Below the pieces are notes generated by a model, which did not search any database, was not told the DNA's origin, and worked only from the letters and a program-made list of their open reading frames with translations. Below, in pieces: positions 45,310 through 54,619 of a DNA stretch of 64,000 nucleotides; within the stretch, counting starts at the first letter, position 1, and the number at the start of each line of letters is the position of its first letter. Source of the stretch: a virus. Made by a program: the position numbers and the translations under genes. The stretch is taken from the IMG/VR virus record IMGVR_UViG_3300028027_000060, positions 6,062 through 70,061 of that record. The stretch is one strand, 5' to 3'.

Positions 45310-46371
45310 TTATGATTTTATCGTCTGTGAAGGCAACGGAATACCACGCTCCATCAAATCTCTTTGAGCTGGCGTAAGATTCTTGTTGTCCACAGACGTT
45401 TTGCCTACACGATTCGGCGTTTTAGGCTGACCGTTGTAGACCTCGCGCACTACCCTTTTTTCGGCTTGGGCAGAAAGTGATTTAGCAATTTGAACCCCGA
45501 TGTCCCCAGACTGAACCTTATGAATGAGGACTTGGTTCGCCAACCAATCACGTACCGCTTGCTTGCCTTCCTTTGTGGTAGCATCAAAGGCTTGACCTAA
45601 ATAACCAGCATACTGCGACTTCAAAATCGATTCGACCTCTTCGTTTGAAACTTGTAACGAAACTTCCGTATCGCCGAATTTGTAGGGAACCTCCTTTAGC
45701 TGTTTGGCGTAGGACTCTGCCTCGCCAAATGCTATAGTCTGTCTTTCCGCAATATATCTTTGATTCTGGCTCTTTAGCTCTTTAGCAAAGGTAAAAGGAT
45801 TTTTAACATCCTCAACCTCTTTTTTAGTTTTATTTATCAGATCAATCGCGTCGATTGCGTCTGACTTCATGAGTGCGGTGGCATAGTATTCACCGTCTCC
45901 AATATTGTACTTTTCACGAATTGCTTCCTCAATAGTGTCCTGGCCAAGCTGCTTGAACTTGTTGGGGTTCTTTACAGCCTCAGCAATTACAAGGGCCTTC
46001 AACGGGTCCTGCATCATGTTTGACTCGTCCATAGAGACGATTTGGTTTGCAATAGACGAGCTGATACCCTTCTTGTTAAACGCAACAATTGTCTTGATAT
46101 CGTCATTCCCCGCAAATGGATCGTCGGCCTCTTGCAACAGGGCTAACCCCTCTTGGACTTCGCGTTCCTTCTCCGCAAGAGATGCGGCCAAGCCCTTGTA
46201 TGACTTCAGCTCCTCAAACTCGTTTTTAAACGTGTCCTCGTTGTCGTAGCCATACGCAGCAAACCACGGCATATCTGCTGGGTCAATCTGCGTTTCTGCT
46301 TGTCCTTCTACTTGTTCGTTAACTTGATCGTTTACAAGTTCGTCTTGGTTTTCAAATTCGTTGTTTTCCAT
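45310..46371 (-). CDS. capsid scaffolding-like protein
   Basis: Acidic N-terminus, helical, between portal and capsid genes. Confidence 0.6.
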   Translation of the reverse strand: MENNEFENQDELVNDQVNEQVEGQAETQIDPADMPWFAAYGYDNEDTFKNEFEELKSYKGLAASLAEKEREVQEGLALLQEADDPFAGNDDIKTIVAFNKKGISSSIANQIVSMDESNMMQDPLKALVIAEAVKNPNKFKQLGQDTIEEAIREKYNIGDGEYYATALMKSDAIDAIDLINKTKKEVEDVKNPFTFAKELKSQNQRYIAERQTIAFGEAESYAKQLKEVPYKFGDTEVSLQVSNEEVESILKSQYAGYLGQAFDATTKEGKQAVRDWLANQVLIHKVQSGDIGVQIAKSLSAQAEKRVVREVYNGQPKTPNRVGKTSVDNKNLTPAQRDLMERGIPLPSQTIKS

Positions 46372-46376
46372 AATGT

Positions 46377-48773
46377 TTATACTCTACCTGTTATTTCGTT
46401 TCCGTATTGAGCCTCGAGTGTTGCCTCTAGCTGTATCTCGTCTAGTGTTTGTTTTCCTTTTAATAGCTGCACCTGGTATGCGGCATCTGCCTTCATCTTC
46501 TGGAGTTCCTGTTCCTTCATGAGGTCCATGTTGGCCATCTCTCTGTGTTTGGCAATCTCCATCTGGGCCTTCTGCATCATTGTCTGACGCTTAGCCTCCT
46601 CGGTCATCATAGCGGACTGCTGCTGGCCCTGGATGGTCTGCTGCATCATCTGCTGTGCATACTGCTCCTCACGCTGGCGTGCCTCTGTCTCCTCTGTTGC
46701 CATGTACCAAAGCGCCTCGTCTACGTCGCCGTTCTTCAAGAGTTGGGCTACACGTTCTACGCTCGACGGGCGGAGGAGGACGGAGCCATCTTTTGTGGGG
46801 ATCTGCGACATGCCGATCGCCCTTTGAAGGATCGCGCTCTTTTCCTTTTCGTTTGGAAGAACCTTGCAACTAATAGCAAGATGGTCCAAAGACAGGCCCT
46901 CAATATCATCAAGAGCTTCAATAAGATTCTCTCCAATGATTGACTTATAGAAATCACGAATTTCGGTGTCATATTCAATGTCTATACGGGCCTGGTGAAT
47001 CATTCGCTCACCCAGCTTCTGTTTGAATTGACGCTCTGACTCGCGAAGCGGCCAGTTGGCGTGGTTACCCGCGACATAGTCTCCCTCCATTACACCAACC
47101 AATCTTTCGGCTGACTGATCAGGACTTGCAGCCATCGCGTCTGGTATACCCATGATGTCCTTGATCATCATCTGTAGGTTGGCAATCTGGGACATCCATT
47201 CCTGTCCCTGTGGACCTAAACCGTTGTCCATCTCGGTCAATGGCTGTGAAACATACTTGCCCGTTGCTGCGTTAAACTTGGTGGCAACGATCTGAATACC
47301 GTTCTGACGGTGGACGTGCATGAGGTCGAACAGGTCGTACTCTACACCCCCAATCTTGATGTTAGCAGCCTCGCCGACATCAATTCTATATCCCTTTGGA
47401 GCGGCAGCCCATACAGCCGCACGTAATTTCAACACCGCAAACATCAAATCATCAAGCAACCCCTTCACGCTACGTGTGGGTGACTGACCGTTAATACGAT
47501 GAATTACATACGAACTCATCGGAGACAAGCCCTTCTGCATCTGGTTTGGCTTCTTCTTCCATTCGTAGATGCGATCTTGTCCAGTTCCAGAGATGATGTA
47601 TGAACCCTCGTACCAATAGTTACAAGAAATCTCGTCGTAGGTATCGCTTGAGTTTTTTTTCTTCTCGTCTACTGGCTTATTGTTTCTGAGGTATGTGCCA
47701 TACCCCTGCTTGTTTGTGCGCTCTACATACTGCTTATAGTCTGTAGATAAATACTCAAACTTCAACACATATATTTTAAAGTCCATCCAAACCCAACGGT
47801 TTGTCGTGGAGTCCTTACGCTCAAATGCCCACTGCGGGATTGTGGATACGTTGGTCTGATACGGAACGTAAGACTTGGCCATTGCCTGGATCTGAGCCTC
47901 GTTAAAGCCAGCGTCAATCAACTTGGTGTACATCGACTGAACTGTTTCAGCCTCAATGTGTCCAATAGCAACAGGTTCGTCCTGGTTGTCCTCGTTCCAG
48001 AGCATAACCATACGGGCAGGGTCAATGTAATTGAATTTAACCTGACCTGTAATTGGGTCATTGTAAACCTTTGCCGCACGGAAGTGGAAGTCGATTGCGT
48101 CACGGTTAAACTCCATGCGCTGACCAGCCCAGTTAGAAGAACGGAATCCAGCCTCGGCTAGTTTCTCTAACGCCACTTCGTATCGTGTCTTGAAGAATCC
48201 AAGCCTGTCCGCCATCTCAAGCATTGTCTCGTCCTTGGGAACAAATGGCAATTTAAACTCTGGCAACCCTAGCTTTTTAGCCAATGGATTGGTAAAGTTT
48301 GCCTTGGCGTATAAGTCGTGTTTCTTGCGCTTCTTTTTTGTGATAATGTTTTTATCTAAGGAAACGCAATCTAACTTGTAGTCATTGTCTGAAAGTACTG
48401 AAAGCAATACGTTTGTCAACTTACGCATTGGAGAGAATATGTCGTAGCTAACATTAGCCATAGCCTTTCTTTGGGCCTTAGACATACCACTCGTGCTTGT
48501 AGATGCCTGTCCCTGGGAAATAGCCTTATTGCCGATTGGAGACCCGTTTGTAAACCAGTTTCTATACTTCTCTTGTGACTGGTTACCAGCACCGTAGTTT
48601 CTAGTCTCTTGCATCTCAGGAAGTTGCGTGTACGTAAAGTATGTACCTCCCGCGCAAAAACGAGTATATAAGGCACGCGCACATCGCAGGCCGTACTCTG
48701 GCTTTAATTTATCTACCTCTGGAATGTTGTCGTTGGGGAACAACATGCTACCAACCAACTGTGGTAATATCAT
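46377..48773 (-). CDS. portal protein
   Basis: 798 aa downstream of the terminase; K...EYGL, YIDPA, Q-rich C-terminal coil. Confidence 0.8.
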   Translation of the reverse strand: MILPQLVGSMLFPNDNIPEVDKLKPEYGLRCARALYTRFCAGGTYFTYTQLPEMQETRNYGAGNQSQEKYRNWFTNGSPIGNKAISQGQASTSTSGMSKAQRKAMANVSYDIFSPMRKLTNVLLSVLSDNDYKLDCVSLDKNIITKKKRKKHDLYAKANFTNPLAKKLGLPEFKLPFVPKDETMLEMADRLGFFKTRYEVALEKLAEAGFRSSNWAGQRMEFNRDAIDFHFRAAKVYNDPITGQVKFNYIDPARMVMLWNEDNQDEPVAIGHIEAETVQSMYTKLIDAGFNEAQIQAMAKSYVPYQTNVSTIPQWAFERKDSTTNRWVWMDFKIYVLKFEYLSTDYKQYVERTNKQGYGTYLRNNKPVDEKKKNSSDTYDEISCNYWYEGSYIISGTGQDRIYEWKKKPNQMQKGLSPMSSYVIHRINGQSPTRSVKGLLDDLMFAVLKLRAAVWAAAPKGYRIDVGEAANIKIGGVEYDLFDLMHVHRQNGIQIVATKFNAATGKYVSQPLTEMDNGLGPQGQEWMSQIANLQMMIKDIMGIPDAMAASPDQSAERLVGVMEGDYVAGNHANWPLRESERQFKQKLGERMIHQARIDIEYDTEIRDFYKSIIGENLIEALDDIEGLSLDHLAISCKVLPNEKEKSAILQRAIGMSQIPTKDGSVLLRPSSVERVAQLLKNGDVDEALWYMATEETEARQREEQYAQQMMQQTIQGQQQSAMMTEEAKRQTMMQKAQMEIAKHREMANMDLMKEQELQKMKADAAYQVQLLKGKQTLDEIQLEATLEAQYGNEITGRV

Positions 48774-48779
48774 ATCTTA

Positions 48780-48806
48780 CAAATTTAGTTGACCACGACA
48801 AATGTA
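48780..48806 (-). promoter_or_regulatory. tandem -7 elements TAAATTTG (48780-48787) and TACATTTG (48799-48806)
   Basis: TAnnTTTG consensus upstream of the portal gene. Confidence 0.6.
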
Positions 48807-48836
48807 GTAAATTTTTTATTAAATAGTTGAAAACAA

Positions 48837-51299
48837 TCAATCTACATCAAACATTGCAAAACTTCCCTTTATCTCAATTGGCTGATATATTTCCTTGTAA
48901 AGGTCTGGCATCCTGCTTTTTATAGCCCTCATACACCAGCCTGTTGCTGCACACAAGTCATGGTTTGTGAGGTCGTCTATTCCCCTCATCTGACTCCATT
49001 CCTCAATTATCTCCCACATCTTAACGTACTTAACATTGTTGTTGAAGTAGGTCATGATGTCCCCAGCCATTTCATTTTTCTCTGCCTCACCTGCCCAAAC
49101 ACCCGCCCTAGCATCCTGCTTGCCGTCCGATCCTAAGTCCTTCAATAGGTAGCCATCGAATCCGTTGTCCCTAAAGTATTCGACCAAAGCCTCTCCATCG
49201 GGCCACTCTGGGTATACATATGCACCAAGGAATACAGCAGCCTTTAACCACTCCTCGTGATACTCGGACTTATCCTCTGTCTGTCTGTTGTAAATAAGAA
49301 TCCAGTCGTTACTCACCCACTCATTGCGCGGCTTGGTGTCTGGATCGGCCTGACTGTCTCTTTTATAAAACACAGCCGCTGCCGCGTTTGACTTCTTCTT
49401 ACCCACGGTGTTTCGTCTGTGAAACTTTACTGGGTCACAGCAAAGAAAAAACTTGTTCATCACCGAAGGATCGGGTGCGTATATCGGACCACGTTCCTTG
49501 GGGGGTATGTACCCCTCGTCTGGGGTAACTACAGTCTTTCTGTTCCTATGCTCCTGAGGGGGTAGGTAACTCATTGTCCAACTACCCTTGGGGTCGTTTT
49601 CTACAAACACATCCCCTCCAAACTTGTCGCCTACCCACTTGAAGTTAACCTTTGTAGTGATTGGGGTGCGAGAAAACTTGAGTTCAGATATGCGGTCACG
49701 CATCTTCTCGATAGGCATACCCATATCCTTGGGAATTACAGCGAATGCCTGTTTCCAAGTCATTGGAAAGTTCTGCTGCAACTTAATAAGTTTCTGCCAC
49801 TCTCGTTTACGCTCAAAGTAATCAGCTTGGTTTAGCAAGTATGACTTGGCGCCTTTGGTGATCCACTTGCCCTCGTTGGACATGATTGGTTCCTTGGGGT
49901 CATCGATAATGCTTGCCCCATACTCGTCGATGTATCCCTCCACGGCGTAGTATCCAGGCAGGAAGAAGTTGATAAGTCCCGATGGCGTTGTTCCGTTCTC
50001 GTTGCGGTCAGAGAAGTGCGAGTCGTTGGCAATGTCAAAGAACTGCGCACCACCACCCGTGTCCATGTCACCCACTGTAGAAGGCATGATGCAAAAGCCT
50101 CGAATATTCTCCCCGCGCTCGATAGCGGGCTTCATCGTGTTGTACCACCACGTCGGGATGTTTTGGTCCGCCGCCTTCGCATCCGTCTTCTTCGCTGGCT
50201 CATCACGGTAGACAAAAGCGATCTCCGCCTCCCCGTCCGCAGCCTTCTCCGCCGACGATAGTGGTGTAATGAAGCACTCCATCTGTTCGGGAATGATTCC
50301 TGCCCTTGCGGCTGACGCGATTGATCCTTCATATTGGAAACGTAAACCCTCCTTGGCCTCAATCCTTCCACGATAGTATGGGCGGAAGAAGAATAGAAGT
50401 TTACTTACTGGAGTTTGTATCTGCTTGATAAATATCTTGTTAACCGCTTGGTCTTCGTTCATCGCCTGGATGATAAAGGTCTGGTCAGGCATATTAAGTG
50501 TCCCCCATGTGCAGAAGCAACAAGCAATTGCGGTCTTGGCAATGCGTCGTCCAGACACAAAGTTGATTCCGTGTACGGTGCGCTTACCCTTGCTAACGCT
50601 TATGTTTACGTTTGGCTCCATAAAATACTCCACACCCATCTCGTTCATTTCTTCCACCACATTTTTTACATCCTGGTTGGAATACTTTGTTTTGACAACG
50701 CCATCCTCTCTGTAAATTATCTTATGCTTGTAGAAGGCGTCCTCTGTGGTGTAGGCGTACATGAACAGGTGAAACATCTTGCGCTGATAGTCGCGGTAGT
50801 CTGGACGGTTGTTGTTCTTACCAAAGTTTTTTACTGTCCAAAAGTTTAAAAAGAAGTAGTTAGCCCCGTTTAGATATACGGGTTTCCCTTTAATGAAACA
50901 CCAGTAACCAACGTATCTGCGCTTAATTTGGAGTTTGATCCATTCAATCTCCATTGCGTAATACTTCTGATTGGATTCTATCTCTTCATAGATGTCCTCA
51001 AGCCTAACGTCGCCCATCTCCTTGTACTTGGACTTGTTAGCTATGTGTTTTTTATTAAACACAACCTCGTAGATGAGCTTTATTTTTTCAGGAACTTCCT
51101 GGTATGGGAACCTTTGTTCCTTTGGATCAATACCATACCCTTCAACGTAAGTGAGCGCCTCTTCCCTTGTAACCTCACGCTTCAAATGGCGTGAGTACCA
51201 CTCCTCAAGACGGGGTAGTGGGATACGGATTGTATCCAACTCATCGTCATCCTCATGGAATGAAACGTACTTATCTTCCTCTTCGTATTCGTAACTCAT
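48837..51299 (-). CDS. terL: terminase large subunit
   Basis: G.NYF.LN, RDYQR, Walker A-like RRIAKT, Walker B YRDE, PST, RNase H-like CCDP and HDLC. Confidence 0.85.
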   Translation of the reverse strand: MSYEYEEEDKYVSFHEDDDELDTIRIPLPRLEEWYSRHLKREVTREEALTYVEGYGIDPKEQRFPYQEVPEKIKLIYEVVFNKKHIANKSKYKEMGDVRLEDIYEEIESNQKYYAMEIEWIKLQIKRRYVGYWCFIKGKPVYLNGANYFFLNFWTVKNFGKNNNRPDYRDYQRKMFHLFMYAYTTEDAFYKHKIIYREDGVVKTKYSNQDVKNVVEEMNEMGVEYFMEPNVNISVSKGKRTVHGINFVSGRRIAKTAIACCFCTWGTLNMPDQTFIIQAMNEDQAVNKIFIKQIQTPVSKLLFFFRPYYRGRIEAKEGLRFQYEGSIASAARAGIIPEQMECFITPLSSAEKAADGEAEIAFVYRDEPAKKTDAKAADQNIPTWWYNTMKPAIERGENIRGFCIMPSTVGDMDTGGGAQFFDIANDSHFSDRNENGTTPSGLINFFLPGYYAVEGYIDEYGASIIDDPKEPIMSNEGKWITKGAKSYLLNQADYFERKREWQKLIKLQQNFPMTWKQAFAVIPKDMGMPIEKMRDRISELKFSRTPITTKVNFKWVGDKFGGDVFVENDPKGSWTMSYLPPQEHRNRKTVVTPDEGYIPPKERGPIYAPDPSVMNKFFLCCDPVKFHRRNTVGKKKSNAAAAVFYKRDSQADPDTKPRNEWVSNDWILIYNRQTEDKSEYHEEWLKAAVFLGAYVYPEWPDGEALVEYFRDNGFDGYLLKDLGSDGKQDARAGVWAGEAEKNEMAGDIMTYFNNNVKYVKMWEIIEEWSQMRGIDDLTNHDLCAATGWCMRAIKSRMPDLYKEIYQPIEIKGSFAMFDVD

Positions 51300-51949
51300 G
51301 GTATAATCTCAGGGAATATCTCTTTCTTCTCACGCCATATGCGCGAATAGTGTTCTGGCTGTATGCCTAAATTTTCTGAACGCACGGAGAACGTGATTGC
51401 CTTCTGCAAGGTAATGCTTGCCTCGTCGTTCATGATGCGTGTACGGGCATCTACTAGCGTCTGCCTCCAACTCTCAAGACCTGCCTGGAAGTTCTTGTCG
51501 TCGTTAGACCTATCTACGGGCTGTGTCAACAGCGCTCTCTGCAATGCTGCAATACGGATATCAGCCGTACACATGATTGAATAGTCCTCCGAGCATTGTA
51601 GGCGGGTGAAGACGATGTATCGCTCCACCGCCCAGTCCACATTCATCATGCAGAGCTGGGCGTAGCCGTTGTCAGGATCCGTGTCATCAACCTGGATATT
51701 CAGCTTGTTTAGCGTGTACCTTTTTCGTTGGTTGATGTCTGGATACGCATCCTTTACAGGCGTTCCTGGAGCAAACATATATATGAGATAGCGTACAACC
51801 TTGTCCGCGCTAACCCCTTCAGGAAGGTCGTCAGACCTGTCGAGAATATGGGCTTGACTGGCCAGGTCCGAGAAACGGTATATCACCGACTCGTCATCCT
51901 GGATGCCTTCAATGTTGTACGATATTTTTGTAAAGTCTAGTTTTATCAT
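51296..51949 (-). CDS. hypothetical protein, candidate terminase small subunit
   Basis: Directly upstream of and coupled to terL. Confidence 0.45.
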   Translation of the reverse strand: MIKLDFTKISYNIEGIQDDESVIYRFSDLASQAHILDRSDDLPEGVSADKVVRYLIYMFAPGTPVKDAYPDINQRKRYTLNKLNIQVDDTDPDNGYAQLCMMNVDWAVERYIVFTRLQCSEDYSIMCTADIRIAALQRALLTQPVDRSNDDKNFQAGLESWRQTLVDARTRIMNDEASITLQKAITFSVRSENLGIQPEHYSRIWREKKEIFPEIIP

Positions 51950-52749
51950 TTGATGTGCGCCATTATAACTCGCGGCTGAAAGCGAACATAGTCTGTTGTT
52001 TTAGCAAGCGTTGGATCAAGTTTTGTTGCATATATATTTCTAACACAAACCACGTCTCCAACCTTCACCTCAGTATTACACCACAAATCTGGACGCGTGT
52101 ATGTTGGTAACTTTGCTGGAGCAACTACAACCTCCACCCTTTGAATGTCATTGTCTGGGATATAAACAGACCCATGCATTCTTTCGTTCCCGAGAAGTTT
52201 TCCTATGATATAGCCATTTAAACTAATAATTTCATTACCGCGTTTTGCTGCGTGTATTGATCGTTTTGCGATCATCAAATAAATCTTACCGTCTACTATA
52301 CACCCTCCCTCTCCTTCGGTAATCATTTCACGTGTAAATGTTGCGTCAAACCAGACCTCATCCCCAATAACCGCATCAAATTCGCAGTCATAATCCCAAC
52401 CCCCATAACTTAACTCAGCTTCTGCAATTTTTACTATTTTTCCACGTCTAACAGCCTGTTTGTCTTGAATGTTTTCCCTCTCCATGTCCGCCTCTCTATG
52501 TGCCTCATTCGCCATTTTACTATACTCACTAAGAAGCGCTTTGTCTTTATAACCTGATTTTTTCAGAGCTTTTACAACTAAAACCATTTCGTTATCATCA
52601 ATATCAGAAATATAGTTTTTTACTTTATTGACGATTTTCAGTTTTCCACCATTGAAATCAATCTCATCCTCAGTAAGCGAATGAAGTTCTACAATGCATT
52701 CGCCGTTTATCAGTCTTAACTTGTCTAGGTCTATTCCGTTCAAATTCAT
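51946..52749 (-). CDS. GroES-like co-chaperonin-fold protein (two domains)
   Basis: RG.IV...IGDEVWF and VEVV...VKVGDVV repeats. Confidence 0.6.
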   Translation of the reverse strand: MNLNGIDLDKLRLINGECIVELHSLTEDEIDFNGGKLKIVNKVKNYISDIDDNEMVLVVKALKKSGYKDKALLSEYSKMANEAHREADMERENIQDKQAVRRGKIVKIAEAELSYGGWDYDCEFDAVIGDEVWFDATFTREMITEGEGGCIVDGKIYLMIAKRSIHAAKRGNEIISLNGYIIGKLLGNERMHGSVYIPDNDIQRVEVVVAPAKLPTYTRPDLWCNTEVKVGDVVCVRNIYATKLDPTLAKTTDYVRFQPRVIMAHIK

Positions 52750-53003
52750 TTGTTTGCTATTTTTTGTTCGTAAATCTCTAGTACTCGTTTCTGTTTGTCA
52801 AAGTTTTTCTTTCCGATTGGAATCTTTTTCTTCAGCTTATTCACGCACCTGCGTAAAGAAGAGTAGCTGCCAAAAACTTTTACCGCGTCCCATTCGGACA
52901 TCAACCCTTCGACCTTAACGGGATCTACGGTTTCCCTGCGGATGTAGTACTCGTATACCTCTATGATTTTGAGGTAATTATTTTTTGTCTTTGTTCTTAT
53001 CAT
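52746..53003 (-). CDS. hypothetical basic protein
   Basis: Coupled within the operon. Confidence 0.6.
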   Translation of the reverse strand: MIRTKTKNNYLKIIEVYEYYIRRETVDPVKVEGLMSEWDAVKVFGSYSSLRRCVNKLKKKIPIGKKNFDKQKRVLEIYEQKIANK

Positions 53004-53280
53004 AGTGTTCTTGAAGTGTTTTAAAGAACGTAGATTTAGTTACACGTGTCTCAACCTTTGTTTGAGATATGTCATACATTGTGTCTTTGTATTTTTTTAT
53101 TGCCAGCTCTACCTGGTCTAGATCCTCTGACGTAATATCTGGATCGCAATACAAAAGTTTTCTCCTAGACTTGGTTGCCATTGGCGTGAATATTTTCATA
53201 ACCTCGTATATCTCAACCTTCTCCTCAATCATGATGTTAAGGATAGAAATAGCTCTGTTCCAGTTTTGTTGATTACTCAT
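52978..53280 (-). CDS. hypothetical protein
   Basis: Track ORF 52978-53337; likely start MSNQQ at 53280. Confidence 0.55.
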   Translation of the reverse strand: MSNQQNWNRAISILNIMIEEKVEIYEVMKIFTPMATKSRRKLLYCDPDITSEDLDQVELAIKKYKDTMYDISQTKVETRVTKSTFFKTLQEHYDKNKDKK

Positions 53281-53488
53281 ATATAAATTGAATATATCGC
53301 TCATGTACACAGTATTCTGTAACATCTTGCAGTTCAACCCTGTCTAATTTTCCAACAATACAAATTCTTTGTCCTACCTCTAATTCACAAAAGTTACCAA
53401 CTCTTGTTATTACGGCATCGATCTGTTTTTCTGTTTGGTTTTCTATTTGAATAAATACCCTATGGTCGGGTGGAAATAAGTTACTCAT
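53273..53488 (-). CDS. short GroES-like protein
   Basis: P.DHRVFI, AVITRVG, LEVGQRI and VHER.I pattern. Confidence 0.55.
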   Translation of the reverse strand: MSNLFPPDHRVFIQIENQTEKQIDAVITRVGNFCELEVGQRICIVGKLDRVELQDVTEYCVHERYIQFIYE

Positions 53489-53492
53489 GCTG

Positions 53493-53560
53493 CAAATATA
53501 CGAATAAATAACACAGTGTCAAGTTCTTGCTTGCAAACAACACTATTTTGCATAAATTTG
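53493..53560. promoter_or_regulatory. divergent promoters at the structural/replication junction
   Basis: TATATTTG (minus, 53493-53500) and TAAATTTG (plus, 53553-53560), each 4 nt from an ATG. Confidence 0.75.
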
Positions 53561-53564
53561 CACT

Positions 53565-53756
53565 ATGTTTATTGTTTCAATACTAGCCGTTTTATCCTCA
53601 CTTGTTTTTATGATGAAGAACTCCATATATGGCTGTGGAAAAAGGTGTTACAAGACCCGAAAGGAGGCCGAGCAGCTATGCGACGGAGATCAAAAGGCGT
53701 ATATGTGCTGGGAGTGCGAAACGTGGCATATAAAAAATAATGAAGAAAATCCTTGA
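53565..53756 (+). CDS. small membrane-anchored zinc-finger protein
   Basis: N-terminal hydrophobic stretch, CGK.CY and Y.C..C..WH motifs. Confidence 0.6.
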   Translation: MFIVSILAVLSSLVFMMKNSIYGCGKRCYKTRKEAEQLCDGDQKAYMCWECETWHIKNNEENP

Positions 53757-53789
53757 CAACCTCGCGTGGTTGTTTTATGTTTGCCCAAT

Positions 53790-53902
53790 ATTTCACTCCT
53801 CGTTTGCTACGAACCACAGTAAACTAGGGTTGGAAGTTAAGTAAAGTTACTTATCAACCTAAAAGCTCGCAAAGTGGTTCTTGCGAGCTTTTTTATTTTA
53901 CT
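53790..53902 (+). ncRNA. structured leader/attenuator with kissing-loop terminator (copy 2)
   Basis: Promoter TATGTTTG 53776-53783; hairpin GTTTGCT/AGTAAAC with GAACCAC in its loop; terminator AAAAGCTCGCAA/TTGCGAGCTTTT with GTGGTTC in its loop. Confidence 0.7.
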
Positions 53903-54619
53903 ATGCATAATCAATATTCAATCATTCCTGCAAGCGTGTTGCTGAGTAAGGAGTTGTCGTCTACAGAGAAGTTGCTTATAGGCGTTATTTCAAATCTATC
54001 AAACATTAAGGGTTACTGCTTCGCGTCAAACCACTACCTTGGCGAATGCCTTGGCATATCCAAGCACAGTGTGAGGCGAGTTATTGCTGACTTGGAACAA
54101 AAAGGTGTTTTGGGTAGAGTCGTAAAATTAAACAGCAGAAACGAGGTTGAAATTAGATGCCTTACCATAAACCCAGATGCGGACATTTTGAGTAGAACAG
54201 CCGCTCCAGAAATGCCAATATCTGATAATGAAGAGGATGAGTTTTTTAATCATACCCCTGCTCAAAAACCTGCATACCCCCTGCTCAAAAATGAGCATAC
54301 CCCTGCTCAGGAATGCTCACATAATAAAAAGAATAAAGTAAAAGAAGAAAGTAAGTATAATTTCGAGCAGTTTTGGTTGGCTTACGACAAGAAGGTGGAC
54401 AAGAAACAAACTCAAGCTGTATGGGACAAACTTTCTGCTGAGGACCGTACACTTGCTGTAGAAGGCGTGGGTAACCACAAGTCGGGTCGCGAGCGCAAAT
54501 ACTGGAAAGACCCAGTTCGATATCTTCGAGACAGGAGATGGGAGGACGAGTCAACAACAACGAACGTAAAACAAACAAATTATAACTATGACGAAAATGA
54601 CCCAAGGAATAAATGGTAA
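53903..54619 (+). CDS. phage replication initiator (HTH, lambda O-like organisation)
   Basis: LS..EKLL...GYCFASN.YL...L N-terminal HTH; FEQFW.AY.KK..K and P.RYL...RWEDE C-terminal domain. Confidence 0.85.
   Translation: MHNQYSIIPASVLLSKELSSTEKLLIGVISNLSNIKGYCFASNHYLGECLGISKHSVRRVIADLEQKGVLGRVVKLNSRNEVEIRCLTINPDADILSRTAAPEMPISDNEEDEFFNHTPAQKPAYPLLKNEHTPAQECSHNKKNKVKEESKYNFEQFWLAYDKKVDKKQTQAVWDKLSAEDRTLAVEGVGNHKSGRERKYWKDPVRYLRDRRWEDESTTTNVKQTNYNYDENDPRNKW
54251..54360 (+). repeat. iterons (3 x CATACCCC(C)TGCTCA) plus A-rich tract, putative origin
   Basis: Copies at 54251, 54273 and 54296 inside the initiator gene. Confidence 0.75.

Noticed and set aside
7207-52918. Many plus-strand ORFs antisense to the structural genes
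   Set aside because: Antisense shadows of biased codon usage; no promoters, leaders or motifs
6047-53488. Stop-codon reassignment as in some crAss-like phages
   Set aside because: Genes are full length and tightly packed in the standard code; TAG and TGA both serve as stops
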